The notes below the pieces were generated by a model that ran no database searches, was not told the origin of the DNA, and worked only from the letters and a program-made list of their open reading frames with translations. Source: Eledone cirrhosa (lineage: Eukaryota). From it: a DNA stretch of 64,000 bases. The translations under genes were made by a program, and so were the position numbers. The DNA lies in assembly GCA_964016885.1 (NCBI GenBank), contig OZ024740.1:52700001-52764000 (forward strand). Direction: 5' to 3'. Below are positions 62,798 to 64,000 of the stretch, one piece after another (position 1 is the stretch's first letter; each line of letters starts with the position of its first letter).

Positions 62798-62920
62798 GGC
62801 TGATGGTGATGATAATGGTGATAATAGTGATAATGGTGATAATGGTGATAATGGTGATAATGATGATGATGATGATGATGATAATGGTGATAATGGCAAT
62901 GATGATGGTGATAATAAGTA
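61240..62920. repeat. (GGT)n-based minisatellite and (GAT)n tracts
   Basis: Trinucleotide periodicity with higher-order TTAGTGGCC units. Confidence 0.95.
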
Positions 62921-63169
62921 GGGCGACGACGACGACACTGATGATAGTTTTGACACCCTACGTCCTTCCATTTCTCCGGGGTTGTTATCAGGATTAATAC
63001 CCTTTCCTCCTTCTCCCCTCCTAATAATTGTTTCTACTTTTTGGCACAAGGCCAGCAATTTGGGGAGAGGGGAAAGTTGATTAAATCCAACCAGTACATT
63101 ACTGGTACTTTATTTTATCGACCCCGTAAGGATGAAAGGCAAAGTTAACCCTGGCGGGATATAATGATA

Positions 63170-63820
63170 ATAATGTAACTGTAATGGAGTGCTATTTTTT
63201 AAGTATGTCTGTTGATGATGAGGGAAGTCTGTAAGAGGTTACATAAAACGAATGTTCAACATCTGAAAGAAAAGACTAAATTTTAAAGTGGCGGAACAAA
63301 AACCATATGACCAGATGTGGATGAATCGAATGCCCCCCCCCCTCGTCCCCGCCAAAAGAAACGGTTGGCTAACGGAGGTAGAGTTGGAAGAAATAAGAAG
63401 GAGAGTTGTATCACTAGAAACACATCTGAGGACAAAGATTATGAAATTGGTGAAATTGTGACAAATGAGGTCATGAAAGGGACTGAAGAAGGTGGATAGA
63501 ACATCTCTGAAATAATGGACGACAAAAAGGGTGAACGAGGTACTGAATGTTATTAGAACGGAAAATATATCTGATACAAATAAACCTATTGGTGCTACGG
63601 CGGTGTTTGTTGCAAGGAAAATAGGATTTATAAATCTATCAAATGGGAAAAAAGGAACCATGTTGTTGGAAAATAGGATTTATAAATCTATGAAATGGGA
63701 AAAAAGGAACCATGTTGTTGGAAGAGAAGATTTAGGGAATCAGTTAGCGAATTAAGAAGGCATTACAACATCCTGGAACGTAAAAATCAAAGGAAAATAA
63801 AGAAAAAAAGAATAAACATC
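63170..63820 (+). mobile_element. R4/Dong-like non-LTR retrotransposon N-terminal relic
   Basis: EQK..DQ, NGWLTEVELEEIRR and KKEP..KRR motifs; preceded by ATAATGATAATAAT (Dong elements favour TAA repeats). Confidence 0.55.
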
Positions 63821-64000
63821 TTGACATATATAAGTATAATTGTTTCTACTTTTGGCACAAGGCCAGAAATTATCCCAGTGTATTACTGGTACTTTATTTT
63901 ATCGACCCCGTAAAGATGAAAGGCAAAGTTAACCTCGGCGGGATTTGAACTCAGATCATAAAGGGCCGTAACTCTTTGCTACAAAGCATGGTGTCCGACC

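Noticed and set aside
61049-62997. Long Pro/Thr, Gly/Val and Asp-rich ORFs (up to 570 aa)
   Set aside because: Products of (GGT)n/(GAT)n repeats that lack stops in several frames on both strands; no splice or domain support

Overview
AT-rich, microsatellite-rich eukaryotic DNA, most likely an octopus or other coleoid cephalopod (inferred from the repeat landscape). One host gene is clear: mitochondrial ribosomal protein L15 (mrpl15) on the minus strand, with four coding exons (41641-41540, 13395-13241, 11483-11321, 9846-9388; 292 aa) and a 28.1 kb first intron. The rest is mostly transposon-derived: several RTE LINE families (two carry a PHD finger inside the reverse transcriptase), CR1, R4/Dong and mariner relics, a hAT MITE, tRNA-type SINEs and satellites. 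The most unusual signal is a set of sequence-unrelated short elements, usually embedded in (TA)n tracts, built as long palindromes or partial direct repeats and carrying type I hammerhead ribozyme motifs with palindromic stem III. One has a U3-A8 core covariant, and several have a copy on each strand. A Penelope-type GIY-YIG C-terminal remnant is also present. They look like non-autonomous Penelope-like/retrozyme fold-back elements; a ~5 kb chain lies at 54.8-59.6 kb, and three motifs are sense within the mrpl15 pre-mRNA. All RNA folds were worked out by eye and are untested.
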